The notes beneath the pieces are model-generated. The model was given only the letters and a program-made list of their open reading frames with translations. It did no database searches and had not been told where the DNA came from. A program made the position numbers and the translations under genes. From contig OZ246394.1 of NCBI GenBank assembly GCA_965230895.1, positions 1,185,887 to 1,249,886 on the forward strand: 64,000 bases of DNA. Reading direction: 5' to 3'. Source of the DNA: an uncultured Gammaproteobacteria bacterium (GTDB lineage Bacteria > Patescibacteriota > Microgenomatia > Levybacterales > UBA12049). Positions 19,377 through 29,018 of the stretch are shown piece after piece; position 1 is the first letter of the stretch; each line of letters starts with the position of its first letter.

Positions 19377-20447
19377 TTATTGTTGTGGGGCAGTTTGAGG
19401 AGCAGATTTTCGTCCAACCATGATTGTTTCTTCAACTAATCGATTCGCATAGCCATATTCGTTGTCGTACCATACAACAACTTTCAACATGTTGCCACCA
19501 ACAATTTGCGTTAGCGATAAGTCAACAATACTTGAATGAGAATTACCGATAATGTCACTTGAGACAAGTGGATCTTCGGTTACTGCAAGAATTCCTTTGT
19601 AAGCAGGGTTTTCTGATTCCTGTCTGAAGATTTGGTTCACTTCGTCCTTGGTTGTATCTTTATTAAGAAGGAATGTAATATCAGAAAGTGAACCGACAGG
19701 AACTGGGACACGGAAAGAAACACCAGCAAAATTACCCTTTAAAGCAGGAAGCGCTTCTGTTGCAGCTATTGTTGCACCTGTGGAAGTCGGAATAATATTT
19801 AATCCAGCAGCACGAGCTCTTCGATAATCCTTATGCCCTCCATCATGAAGTCGCTGATCAGATGTGTATCCATGAATTGTTGTCATCATTGCTTTCTGAA
19901 TACCAAAATGATCCTGAATAATCTTTGATGGTGGTGTAATACAATTAGTAGTACATGAAGCATTACTAATGACTTGTTCTCCTGTGTACTTACTATCATT
20001 TACAGAAATAACATATGTTGGAATTGGCTCTCCATCTTTTGCAGGTGCTGATAATACTGCAGCTTTTGCACCAGCAGCAATATGCGCCTTAATCTTCTCC
20101 ATTGAGGTAAATGCTCCAGTAGATTCAATAACAACATCAACATTATGTTTTCCCCATGGAAGCAGTGTTGGGTCTTTTTGTGAATAGACAGGAATTTCTT
20201 TTCCTCCTACAATCAAATGTCCAAGAAAATCTTTTTGTGTTTCATCTGTATTTGGACGAACACTTACTTCTTGAGGAAGTAATCCATACACACTATCGTA
20301 TTTGAGGAGATACATCCAACCTTTAATATCTGTAGAATGACCAGCGTTAATAGCAGCTATTTCAATGTCTTCATTATGCCATTGGAGGATGACCCTGTGA
20401 GCGATACGTCCTATTCTTCCGTATCCATTAATCGCGACTCGAACCAT
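19377..20447 (-). CDS. gap: Type I glyceraldehyde-3-phosphate dehydrogenase
   Basis: INGYGRIGR, SNASCTTNC, WYDNEYGY. Confidence 0.97.
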   Translation of the reverse strand: MVRVAINGYGRIGRIAHRVILQWHNEDIEIAAINAGHSTDIKGWMYLLKYDSVYGLLPQEVSVRPNTDETQKDFLGHLIVGGKEIPVYSQKDPTLLPWGKHNVDVVIESTGAFTSMEKIKAHIAAGAKAAVLSAPAKDGEPIPTYVISVNDSKYTGEQVISNASCTTNCITPPSKIIQDHFGIQKAMMTTIHGYTSDQRLHDGGHKDYRRARAAGLNIIPTSTGATIAATEALPALKGNFAGVSFRVPVPVGSLSDITFLLNKDTTKDEVNQIFRQESENPAYKGILAVTEDPLVSSDIIGNSHSSIVDLSLTQIVGGNMLKVVVWYDNEYGYANRLVEETIMVGRKSAPQTAPQQ

Positions 20448-20491
20448 ATAATATAGTATTATATAATCGACAAAAAATTACAATGGATCAT

Positions 20492-21355
20492 TCAGGATCT
20501 TTTTGTATACTTCTTCTTTCGTACTGCTAAGATAAAAATAATTATTCCTGTAACTAAAACAACAGCCTGCACACCCAAAACAATTGCCCCTACAGTATTT
20601 GTTGCGAACGTGTATCCTTCTGTATTTTTAGCATTTGAAAGCATGGTGTATGCATAGACAACAAATCCTTTTTTGTCGGTCATTTTCACTATTGGCGTGA
20701 CAATCGCTGGATCCGTTGTATATGTATGCACCGGGTTCTTTTGATTACTCTTTCCCCCTTCCCCAAAATCCCAAGCATATGCTGAAATTTCTGTAGAGGG
20801 TCTATTTTTGACACTTGCTTCAAATGCAATTGGCGCCTTCATATTTATTTCCTGGGATTCATTTCTGAATGTCTTCTGATTTGCAAGAACCGCTGGTTCA
20901 GGCAAAACATATGTATCGTTTGGAAAGACATTTAGCTGCACAATTTCAATAACTTGGGGTTTTGCGACAGAATCATCATTAAAGTCAGCATAAATTGTTA
21001 CCACTTTTGAACCGATGGTTTTATATGTGTGTTTTACTTCTGTACCTGTTGCTGTTGTTCCATCTCCCATATCCCATTTATAGGTAATTTTATTGAGAAC
21101 ATCATCTGCATAGACTTGTCTTAAAACGGGTGTATCGATGAGAAACGATATTTCTTTATTAACAGCATAACGGTCTACGGAAAGATCTTCTGGAACGACG
21201 AAACTCGTTGGGGCGACAGTTTCTTTACGTACAGGATTCATATCAGGAAATTTACCATCGATTCTTAGAAATGGAATTAAACCTTCTGCATGAGCACTCA
21301 CTTGCTGAACCGATGCACAAAAGAAAAATAAAAGGAGCAGTAACACTTTTCGCAT
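20492..21355 (-). CDS. PKD-domain surface protein
   Basis: Two WD(M/F)G PKD repeats, signal peptide ending VSA-H, C-terminal TM + basic tail. Confidence 0.85.
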   Translation of the reverse strand: MRKVLLLLLFFFCASVQQVSAHAEGLIPFLRIDGKFPDMNPVRKETVAPTSFVVPEDLSVDRYAVNKEISFLIDTPVLRQVYADDVLNKITYKWDMGDGTTATGTEVKHTYKTIGSKVVTIYADFNDDSVAKPQVIEIVQLNVFPNDTYVLPEPAVLANQKTFRNESQEINMKAPIAFEASVKNRPSTEISAYAWDFGEGGKSNQKNPVHTYTTDPAIVTPIVKMTDKKGFVVYAYTMLSNAKNTEGYTFATNTVGAIVLGVQAVVLVTGIIIFILAVRKKKYTKRS

Positions 21356-21370
21356 ATATCTATAGTACCA

Positions 21371-21396
21371 AAAAGGCGGATATTTCACCGCCTTTT
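21371..21396. terminator. Intrinsic terminator downstream of ycnI-like gene
   Basis: AAAAGGCGG-atatttca-CCGCCTTTT. Confidence 0.7.
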
Positions 21397-21419
21397 CAAT
21401 TTGCTTTTAGTAAGAAACA

Positions 21420-22055
21420 TTAGTTCTTCTTCTTTTTACGTGTTTGATACAACGCTACTGAAGAGAGAGCAATAGCTGCTACACTAAGGACAAAAGAAAC
21501 TTTTGTTGGAAAACCTTCCTTACGAATATCTTGTTCCTCATCTTTCGGCGCTTGCGCTAGGTCATCAATGATGTTTGTCTGAGAATATGGACCTTTGTCG
21601 CCGCCCTCATCATCATGTCCTTTTGCTTTTGGATCTTGATCCCATGAAACAACAGTACCATCTTCATATGTTTGGTACGCTTTCCAAGCAACTGTTGTTG
21701 GCGACGCTGGGACTTGCGCACTGAACATAAATTCATCTCGCTGTCCTGCAGGAACTGTTCCACCAGTCCAAGTAATTTCAGTTACTTTTGCATCTTCCCC
21801 TTCGCCAGTTTTTTTGACATCAATTGTCCAACCAGGTTTCACGTTTGGCGTAACATATTTCAATCCATCTGGGATAACCAAACGAATTTCTGTCGTTGGA
21901 ATATCTTTTTCAACTGGGACACCAACGGTAAAGGTTTGAAATGCTGCAGCACCAACTTCATTTGGCTTTACTGTAACATGAGCAAATGCAGGTGTTGCAC
22001 TGAGCATTAAAGTTGAAATAACAATTGTACTAATTACGATTTTTTTGATTTGCAT
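21420..22055 (-). CDS. YcnI family (DUF1775) copper-binding membrane-anchored protein
   Basis: AFA-HVTV, VPVE, KPGW, ITWTGG, QTYEDGTVVSW; SD AGGAGGTGA before ATG 22055. Confidence 0.9.
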   Translation of the reverse strand: MQIKKIVISTIVISTLMLSATPAFAHVTVKPNEVGAAAFQTFTVGVPVEKDIPTTEIRLVIPDGLKYVTPNVKPGWTIDVKKTGEGEDAKVTEITWTGGTVPAGQRDEFMFSAQVPASPTTVAWKAYQTYEDGTVVSWDQDPKAKGHDDEGGDKGPYSQTNIIDDLAQAPKDEEQDIRKEGFPTKVSFVLSVAAIALSSVALYQTRKKKKN

Positions 22056-22116
22056 AAATATCACCTCCTTCCTATGAGGGATTACATACGAGGTATGTAT
22101 TACTAAAAGCTTGGGA

Positions 22117-22545
22117 TTAGAAACCTCGCGGAGGAGCGCGAGTAGATAGGAGAACAAAGGATGGATTCACAACAAAACTTGGAACAATTTCCTTTCTCTT
22201 ATAAAGAAGAGATACCAACGGACTGATAATAAAGAAAACAATTACTGTCGCAACTTGTGGCATACAACAAGGATGTTGCTCTAGTGATTGAGATTGATGA
22301 TGCATTTGCATCATCGGAATAAATGGAACAACATGCAAAAGTGCAAATACGAGTAAGATGGTTACTGCAAAATATTTTTGTTGTAACTTGGGGAGAAACA
22401 AAAGAAGTAAAGGCAGAACCAAAAGAATAATTGGGAGAATACTTATTGTATGGTGGTGGCCACTACCCGAGAGGAGAAAAACACTACTAACAACGAAATA
22501 AACAAAAAGGAGAAGCCAATGAGATTGTAGTATCTTTACGTTCAT
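22117..22545 (-). CDS. Membrane uORF with His/Cys motifs and C-terminal RAPP arrest motif (CruR/DUF2946-like)
   Basis: TM helices, GHHH, MHH...HPCC, ends STRAPPRGF directly upstream of ycnI-like gene. Confidence 0.75.
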   Translation of the reverse strand: MNVKILQSHWLLLFVYFVVSSVFLLSGSGHHHTISILPIILLVLPLLLLFLPKLQQKYFAVTILLVFALLHVVPFIPMMQMHHQSQSLEQHPCCMPQVATVIVFFIISPLVSLLYKRKEIVPSFVVNPSFVLLSTRAPPRGF

Positions 22546-23081
22546 TTAGTTTTTTTCTTTCGACTGAGAACAAGCCCCACAATTATAACAACCGCTGCGA
22601 CTAAAATAATATACTTTACGTTTTGGTTTTCGTCTCCTGTTCTTTCGGAAACAGCCGACGCTTCTCGCTCCACTCGAATATCCCAATTTAAGTTGAATGG
22701 TTCAAAATCGTCTTGAGTTATTGGAGTTCCTGAAACTGAAACTGTATAAATTCCCTTTTGCGGAAATGTGTAATAGACGCTTACATCCTCAAGGCTTGGA
22801 CTTGAAGAATTTTGAAATAATGATTGTGAATTTAACTCTTGACCGTTTTGCTTAACAGAAAAAATACAATTACATTTTGCTGGAGAAAAAGCATTTTTAG
22901 TATCTTTAAATTCGAAAAAAAATCCACTCTCTTGTCCAGCTATCGGATCATCTTCAGGATTGATATGAATTACTGCACCAATAGATCCATCCGTTTTTAA
23001 AACATGTGCGAGTGCATTTTGTAACGGGAACATCAAAGAAAAAATACTCAAAAAACTCACTAGTAAAAATACTTTTTTCAT
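22542..23081 (-). CDS. Secreted membrane-anchored protein with N-terminal His (putative metal-binding)
   Basis: ALA-HVLK, second His (VIHINP), CNC, C-terminal TM + KKK. Confidence 0.7.
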   Translation of the reverse strand: MKKVFLLVSFLSIFSLMFPLQNALAHVLKTDGSIGAVIHINPEDDPIAGQESGFFFEFKDTKNAFSPAKCNCIFSVKQNGQELNSQSLFQNSSSPSLEDVSVYYTFPQKGIYTVSVSGTPITQDDFEPFNLNWDIRVEREASAVSERTGDENQNVKYIILVAAVVIIVGLVLSRKKKTK

Positions 23082-23090
23082 AATAAAAAT

Positions 23091-24656
23091 TTATTTTACG
23101 TCTATCGTATAGTCCGCAACAATCCGCTGTCCATCAGGATTAAATTCTGCAAAGACTCGATAGACTCCAGGACGAATTGGATCAGTTAATGTCATCGGCA
23201 TGAATGTCACTTCTGGACCACCATTTGCATTTGGCCCAAACGAAACGCCTAATGGATGCACATGTAAGTAAGCGTAACTTGCTTGATGGATCATAACCAA
23301 ATGGCCAAATGCTCCAAGATATGGCTTTAATGTTCGAACCGGTTTTTTGGTTTGAGCATCTTTTACTGTAAACGTCATTGTCTGATTGCCAAGCATCATA
23401 TCTTTTGCATTAAGCGCCTTATCCATTGATAATGTTATTTCATATTTACCAAAGTTTTTTGTCGTATTTGTATCAACTTTTTGTTCTGAACGCTGAGCTA
23501 GTATTTGATCAGTCGATCCGACATTCATACTAAAACCAACCTGTTGCTCGACTGCTCCGACAGGTTGATATGACAGATATGCACGATAGACTCCAGGCTT
23601 TGGAAAAGTAGTTGTTATAGTAAATGTATTGCCATTTCGTTGCGGATGAATATGCTCAAAATAATTTAATTCATCATTAACGACAACTAAGTGCGCTTCT
23701 TTTTCATAAATCTTTTTATAAAGATTTACTGGACTACCATTCGTTGCGTTATACAGTACAAACTTTAATTCTGTATTTTGATTTGGAAGAATCTGTTCTG
23801 GTTTTTCTAATCCAACTGTGTAGCGTAATGTTTTATCTCCTTGCATACTAGCAAGCAATGGACTTTCTATCCCCGATGATTGTTGCTGTTCAAGTTGTTG
23901 TAAATGTTTCGAATGGAGGCCAAAAGAAACTGCTCCTTGTTGCGGAAAGAAAACAAAATATCCTCCGAGAACAATTACTGAAACAAGTATCATAGATGCA
24001 TAATTAAACTGCGGATTGAGCGAGAATTTCTTTTGCAGAAAAGCATCGACGCGCAATGCCTCGAGGAAAAAGAGAAATGCCAACGCTACAAAAGTAATCA
24101 TTGGGATTAAAGAAGATATTTCTTGATAATGCGTTCCTAAAAGGAGCATATGAATAAGCACAAGTATTCCAGCAACGTACACAAACCGTTGGAGAATTTT
24201 CCAACGAGGAAATGTCATCTTTTTAATAACAGCATCAAATGAAGTAATTGCCTGAAAAAATAAAATGATTAACGCAATAAAGCTACTACTCAACGCTAAT
24301 ACATAATTTGTTGTGAGGAATGAAATTCCTGTAAAACCACCGAGTTGTCCAAAAAAGGCAATAACGCCATGCAGTGCAGCAAAATAAAATGAAGAGACAC
24401 CGAGTGCACGACGCGCTTTGAGGTATTGCTTGCCCCAGGAAAAATCAGGGAACATGTAGACAAACGGACCAGCAAGAAGCGCAAAATACAGGTACGTGAC
24501 AGAGACTAGTCCATAGATTTGATTGAGGCGAATTGTCTGTAATTGTCCGTCAGGAATTGTAGTGACAATAATTACATTAAGAGTAAACGAAAGGACGACA
24601 CTAAAAACTAAAATATAAAATCGAATATTACGAAATAAATCACTCATGAAGCTCAT
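23091..24656 (-). CDS. MsrQ/ferric-reductase-like TM domain fused to His-motif metal-binding domains
   Basis: RRALGV...AALH, WKILQRFVY...LIH; repeated HLV...H(I/V)HP motifs. Confidence 0.75.
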   Translation of the reverse strand: MSFMSDLFRNIRFYILVFSVVLSFTLNVIIVTTIPDGQLQTIRLNQIYGLVSVTYLYFALLAGPFVYMFPDFSWGKQYLKARRALGVSSFYFAALHGVIAFFGQLGGFTGISFLTTNYVLALSSSFIALIILFFQAITSFDAVIKKMTFPRWKILQRFVYVAGILVLIHMLLLGTHYQEISSLIPMITFVALAFLFFLEALRVDAFLQKKFSLNPQFNYASMILVSVIVLGGYFVFFPQQGAVSFGLHSKHLQQLEQQQSSGIESPLLASMQGDKTLRYTVGLEKPEQILPNQNTELKFVLYNATNGSPVNLYKKIYEKEAHLVVVNDELNYFEHIHPQRNGNTFTITTTFPKPGVYRAYLSYQPVGAVEQQVGFSMNVGSTDQILAQRSEQKVDTNTTKNFGKYEITLSMDKALNAKDMMLGNQTMTFTVKDAQTKKPVRTLKPYLGAFGHLVMIHQASYAYLHVHPLGVSFGPNANGGPEVTFMPMTLTDPIRPGVYRVFAEFNPDGQRIVADYTIDVK

Positions 24657-24717
24657 TCAATCATACAAAAACTCCTCATTAATGCAAAGCATGAATGCTA
24701 TAATACAAGCACTTCCT

Positions 24718-25839
24718 ATGCAAAAATTGATTCGGACAGTCTGCGCAGCGATTTTTACAATCGTTTTTCTCCTTACAGCGCTCCCCGTTCATGCGCAAAC
24801 TGCACCGCCAGATTCTAAACCAAAAGAAGAAGTAAGTAAAGCAAAAGTGCTGAAAGTTCTCGAAGAGGGACAAAAAGATATTGGTGGACAAAAGCAACTC
24901 TATCAGAAAGTTGAGATACAGTTCTTAGACGGAGCAGAAAAAGATAAAAAACTCACAATAACACATGGAGACATCACAACAATACGTGAAGAGCAAAAAG
25001 TAAAGCAAGACCAAACGGTTGTCGTCCTTAAAACATCATCGCCACAAACAACGCTTTATCAAATTGTTGATACGTATCGTTTGACTAGCTTAATTCCAAT
25101 CGTTGTTTTCTTCCTTTTATTAGTCATAGCAATAAGTAGATGGAAGGGACTTGGCTCGTTGATTGGATTGGCAATTAGTTTCTTAGTCATTGTCAATTTC
25201 ATCGTTCCAAATATTTTGGCAGGAGATGATCCTTTAACAACGAGTATCGTTGGCTCCCTTTTCATCATGGTTACTACTATTTATATATCGCATGGGTTTA
25301 ATCAAAAAACACATATCGCATTGATGGCAACATGCATTTCTTTAGTCCTTACGGGCGTTCTTGCATATATATTTGTAAATGCCACTTCATTAACAGGACT
25401 TGGGAGCGAAGATGCAACAAGTTTGATCTATGGACCAACCAGCAATATTAACTTCCAAGGATTATTACTCGGCGGGATTATCATCGGTACACTTGGAGTC
25501 CTCGATGATATAACTACCGGATTGTCTTCGGCGATGCAAGAACTTGCGAGAGCAAATCCAAAATTTCAATTCAAACAGCTCTTTGGAAGTGGGCTCCGTA
25601 TTGGAAGTGACCATATTGCATCCTTGGTAAATACACTTGCGCTTGCATATGCTGGTGCAGGATTGCCACTCTTCTTATTTATAGTTCTTAATCCAAGCAA
25701 TCAGCCACTTTGGTTTATTCTTAATAGTGAAATGCTCGTCGAAGAAATCATTAGAACATTGGCAGGGAGTATCGGACTTATTTTGGCAGTACCGTTAACA
25801 GCTATTCTTGCAGCATGGGCATTTCAAAGGAAAACCTGA
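24718..25839 (+). CDS. YibE/F family membrane protein
   Basis: GTLGVLDDIT, SLVNTLALAYAG, GSIGLILAVP; start uncertain (24691 or 24718). Confidence 0.9.
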   Translation: MQKLIRTVCAAIFTIVFLLTALPVHAQTAPPDSKPKEEVSKAKVLKVLEEGQKDIGGQKQLYQKVEIQFLDGAEKDKKLTITHGDITTIREEQKVKQDQTVVVLKTSSPQTTLYQIVDTYRLTSLIPIVVFFLLLVIAISRWKGLGSLIGLAISFLVIVNFIVPNILAGDDPLTTSIVGSLFIMVTTIYISHGFNQKTHIALMATCISLVLTGVLAYIFVNATSLTGLGSEDATSLIYGPTSNINFQGLLLGGIIIGTLGVLDDITTGLSSAMQELARANPKFQFKQLFGSGLRIGSDHIASLVNTLALAYAGAGLPLFLFIVLNPSNQPLWFILNSEMLVEEIIRTLAGSIGLILAVPLTAILAAWAFQRKT

Positions 25840-25898
25840 CAATACAAATGTCCCAAAAATGTCCAGCAATCCTTACATAGCATTTTTATAATAGGAAC

Positions 25899-27191
25899 AT
25901 GTCTTCACACAACCCTTGGCAAAGAGCAAAAAAACAATTAACAAAAACAAGTGAACATTTAAAACTTGACCCACTTCTTCTAGCACATCTCATTGAACCC
26001 GAAAAAGTAATTGAAGTATCACTTCCTTTAAAGAGAGATAATGGCGAAGTGCAAACAATAAAGGGTTACCGTGTACAACATAATAGTCATCATGGGCCAT
26101 ATAAAGGCGGGCTTCGTTTTCATCCCGACGTTTCAATGGACGAAGTGAAGGCACTCGCCTTCTGGATGACAGTTAAAACAGCGCTTATTGATATTCCATT
26201 TGGCGGTGGGAAAGGCGGAATTACCGTCGATCCGAAAACACTTTCTGAATCCGAGCTTGAACGACTAACAAGAATCTTTACCCGTAGACTTTCTCATGCA
26301 ATCGGTCCTGATAAAGATATCCCTGCACCTGATGTAAATACAAATGGCAAAATTATGTCGTGGATTGTAGATGAGTACAGCAAAATTGTTGGAAAACATA
26401 CTCCAGGTGTTGTGACTGGAAAACCAATTGAGCATGGTGGTTCCGAAGGAAGAACTGAAGCAACTGGACTCGGTGGATGTTATGCCCTTTTAGAGATAGT
26501 AAAACGCGAAAAACTTGACCCATCAAAATTAACTGTAGCTGTTCAAGGTTTTGGAAATGTTGGATATTATGCTGCATATTTCCTCCAGAAGAATGGCTTT
26601 AAAGTAGTTGCTCTCTCGGATTCAAAAGGTGGAATCTATATCCCAAATGGATTAGCAGATATCGAACAAATTGAGCGGTGTAAAAAAGAAAAAGGGTACC
26701 TTGCAGGATGTTATTGTGTCGGATCTGTTTGTGATATTCGTTATAAAGATAAAGTAAAAGGACAAGATATTTCTCCAAGTGACATCCTCGAATTACCAGT
26801 AGACATCATAGTCCCCTCTGCTTTAGAGAATGTTATAACAAAAGATAATGCTTATCGTATTAAAGCAAATATTATTTTAGAAATGGCGAATGGTCCGACA
26901 ACAACTGAAGCAGATGAGATACTTCAAGCAAACAACAAAATAGTTATTCCGGATATTCTTGCAAATTCTGGTGGTGTTGCGGTAAGTTATTTTGAATGGT
27001 ATCAAAATATCCATAATGAACAATGGACAAAAGAAAAAGTTTTCAAACAGTTAGAAGAAAAAATGAGAAAAGCAGTTGATGAAGTATACGAGACGGCAAA
27101 CAAAAGCAATGTTTCCCTCCGAGATGCAGCATATCTCGTCGCCATCAAACGCCTCGATAAAACCTGGAGAAAGAATAATCAAGTTAATTAA
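25899..27191 (+). CDS. gdhA: Glu/Leu/Phe/Val dehydrogenase (glutamate dehydrogenase)
   Basis: GPYKGGLRF, GGGKGG, DIPAPDVNT, QGFGNVG, ANGP. Confidence 0.93.
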   Translation: MSSHNPWQRAKKQLTKTSEHLKLDPLLLAHLIEPEKVIEVSLPLKRDNGEVQTIKGYRVQHNSHHGPYKGGLRFHPDVSMDEVKALAFWMTVKTALIDIPFGGGKGGITVDPKTLSESELERLTRIFTRRLSHAIGPDKDIPAPDVNTNGKIMSWIVDEYSKIVGKHTPGVVTGKPIEHGGSEGRTEATGLGGCYALLEIVKREKLDPSKLTVAVQGFGNVGYYAAYFLQKNGFKVVALSDSKGGIYIPNGLADIEQIERCKKEKGYLAGCYCVGSVCDIRYKDKVKGQDISPSDILELPVDIIVPSALENVITKDNAYRIKANIILEMANGPTTTEADEILQANNKIVIPDILANSGGVAVSYFEWYQNIHNEQWTKEKVFKQLEEKMRKAVDEVYETANKSNVSLRDAAYLVAIKRLDKTWRKNNQVN

Positions 27192-27320
27192 ATTACTATA
27201 TTCACAGTATGCGTATCGGAGTGTATAATAGAGAAGTCTTCTCATTTAAAAATTGATTCACATGAATGTAGTTGACAACTCTGCCCCAATTGTAATTCAA
27301 TAAAGAAAGAGGCTACCACT

Positions 27321-28334
27321 ATGAACATCCCAACAGTGACCCACAACGGGCTATCATTTATTAACTTAAGTAAACCAACAGCCGAACAGCTTCAATTTTT
27401 GAATAAGAATTTCGGATTTAGCTTGTTGAACCTTGAAGACTATCTTTATAAAACTCAGATTCCAAAGATTGAAGTAGATAAGGATTATACCCTCTTTGTG
27501 ATGGACGTCCCTCACTACCCACAATCTCGGTCAAAACCGCAAACTACGACACAAAAGAACGCAGCATTAACAAACGTATTATCAAATCGTGTCGCTTTAC
27601 CGTCATTCACAAAAGGTGGAAAAAGAAAGAGGATTAATATTGGTGAAGTCGATTTCTTTATCGGAAAGGATTACTTAGTTATCCTACACGACGAAAGAAC
27701 TCCACAAATTGATGACATCTTCGAGATGTGCAAAATTTCATCAAAGCATCGAGAAGATCTCATGGCAAAAGGCGCAAATTACCTTTTTTATCGTATCGCG
27801 GACATACTCATTGATTCTTCTTTCGCATACGCAGAAGATATCGCAAGTACAATCGATTACATTGATCGACAGCTTGAAGAAACAAGAGGTAATGCTTTAA
27901 TTGAAGACATTTCCATCACAAGACGCAATATTGTCGTCTTCGAAACAATGATTAAACCACTTCTTCCTATCTTTGCTGACCTGGAAAAAGGAAGATATTC
28001 CCAATTAAATGGAACAATGGCTGATTATTGGTCCAACCTTTTAGACCATTTGCAAAAGATTTGGGAACGACTTGAAGATAACAAAGAATTGATTGCAGGC
28101 ATTTCAAGCAGTAATGAGTCCATCCTTTCAAATAGGAACAACGAATTAGTTAAATTCCTCACAGTAATTACATCAATTTCATTTCCGTTTGTTATTGTAA
28201 ATAATCTCTATTCTATGAACGTAAATGGCCTTCCGTATTCAGATCAACCGTGGATTGTAGTAGTACTTTTCTTCCTTATTTTTGCAGGAGGAATCTCAAT
28301 TATTACCTACTTCAAATACAAAGACTGGTTATAA
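27321..28334 (+). CDS. corA: CorA family Mg/Co transporter
   Basis: C-terminal 2 TM with YSMN (GMN-like) motif; CorA soluble domain pattern. Confidence 0.85.
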   Translation: MNIPTVTHNGLSFINLSKPTAEQLQFLNKNFGFSLLNLEDYLYKTQIPKIEVDKDYTLFVMDVPHYPQSRSKPQTTTQKNAALTNVLSNRVALPSFTKGGKRKRINIGEVDFFIGKDYLVILHDERTPQIDDIFEMCKISSKHREDLMAKGANYLFYRIADILIDSSFAYAEDIASTIDYIDRQLEETRGNALIEDISITRRNIVVFETMIKPLLPIFADLEKGRYSQLNGTMADYWSNLLDHLQKIWERLEDNKELIAGISSSNESILSNRNNELVKFLTVITSISFPFVIVNNLYSMNVNGLPYSDQPWIVVVLFFLIFAGGISIITYFKYKDWL

Positions 28335-28360
28335 ATCCTGAAATAGTCAGGATTTTTTTT
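28333..28360. terminator. Terminator hairpin between convergent genes
   Basis: AAATCCTGA-aatag-TCAGGATTT + T tract. Confidence 0.65.
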
Positions 28361-29018
28361 CCTTTGCCTTCTTTCTAAATTCTTTAATCTTCCCTTTATA
28401 GAAAAAATATAACAAACCCAAACCAAGAAGAAATCCAATAATGACCATAGGACTTTCTGACGTTGAGATCTTATTGTATGCTGTCTCGCCGACATAATAT
28501 CCAATCGCGCTTGGAATAAGAGAAAGTAACGTTGCCAGGAAAAATTTTCCAAAGCTTAACTTCGTAAGACCAGCAAGATAACTAATAAAGTCCATCACAG
28601 GACCTGTGGTTAAACGAACCAAAATAAATCCCCAGAGTTCTGTTTTATCATCCAATTTCCCTTCCCATTTATTGAGCTCTTGCAAAGGAACAAATCTTTT
28701 GACGAGTGGCTCACGGAACTTTCTTGCAAGCAGAAAGGCGATAACCGCACCTGAAAGAAGTCCCATTGTACTGTAGAAAAATACCCAGAACCATCCTAAT
28801 ATCGGAATCAAAGTAAATGCCAGAATTCCTGCTGGAATTGGTGGGATCACAACGCCAATCAATCGCCATACTATTAAAATGGCGGGAGCAAGAATAGGAT
28901 GCGCGATAGTAAATTGAAGTATTGGTTCCTGATATGTTGGAAGGAAGAAAATAAGCAGGATACAGAAAAGTATACTCAATCCCCCAGTCATCCAACCTAA
29001 TAACTCATGACTTTTCAT
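28347..29018 (-). CDS. VTT/TVP38 (DedA superfamily) membrane protein
   Basis: VIPPIP, LAR, DFISYLAGLT. Confidence 0.88.
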   Translation of the reverse strand: MKSHELLGWMTGGLSILFCILLIFFLPTYQEPILQFTIAHPILAPAILIVWRLIGVVIPPIPAGILAFTLIPILGWFWVFFYSTMGLLSGAVIAFLLARKFREPLVKRFVPLQELNKWEGKLDDKTELWGFILVRLTTGPVMDFISYLAGLTKLSFGKFFLATLLSLIPSAIGYYVGETAYNKISTSESPMVIIGFLLGLGLLYFFYKGKIKEFRKKAKEKKS

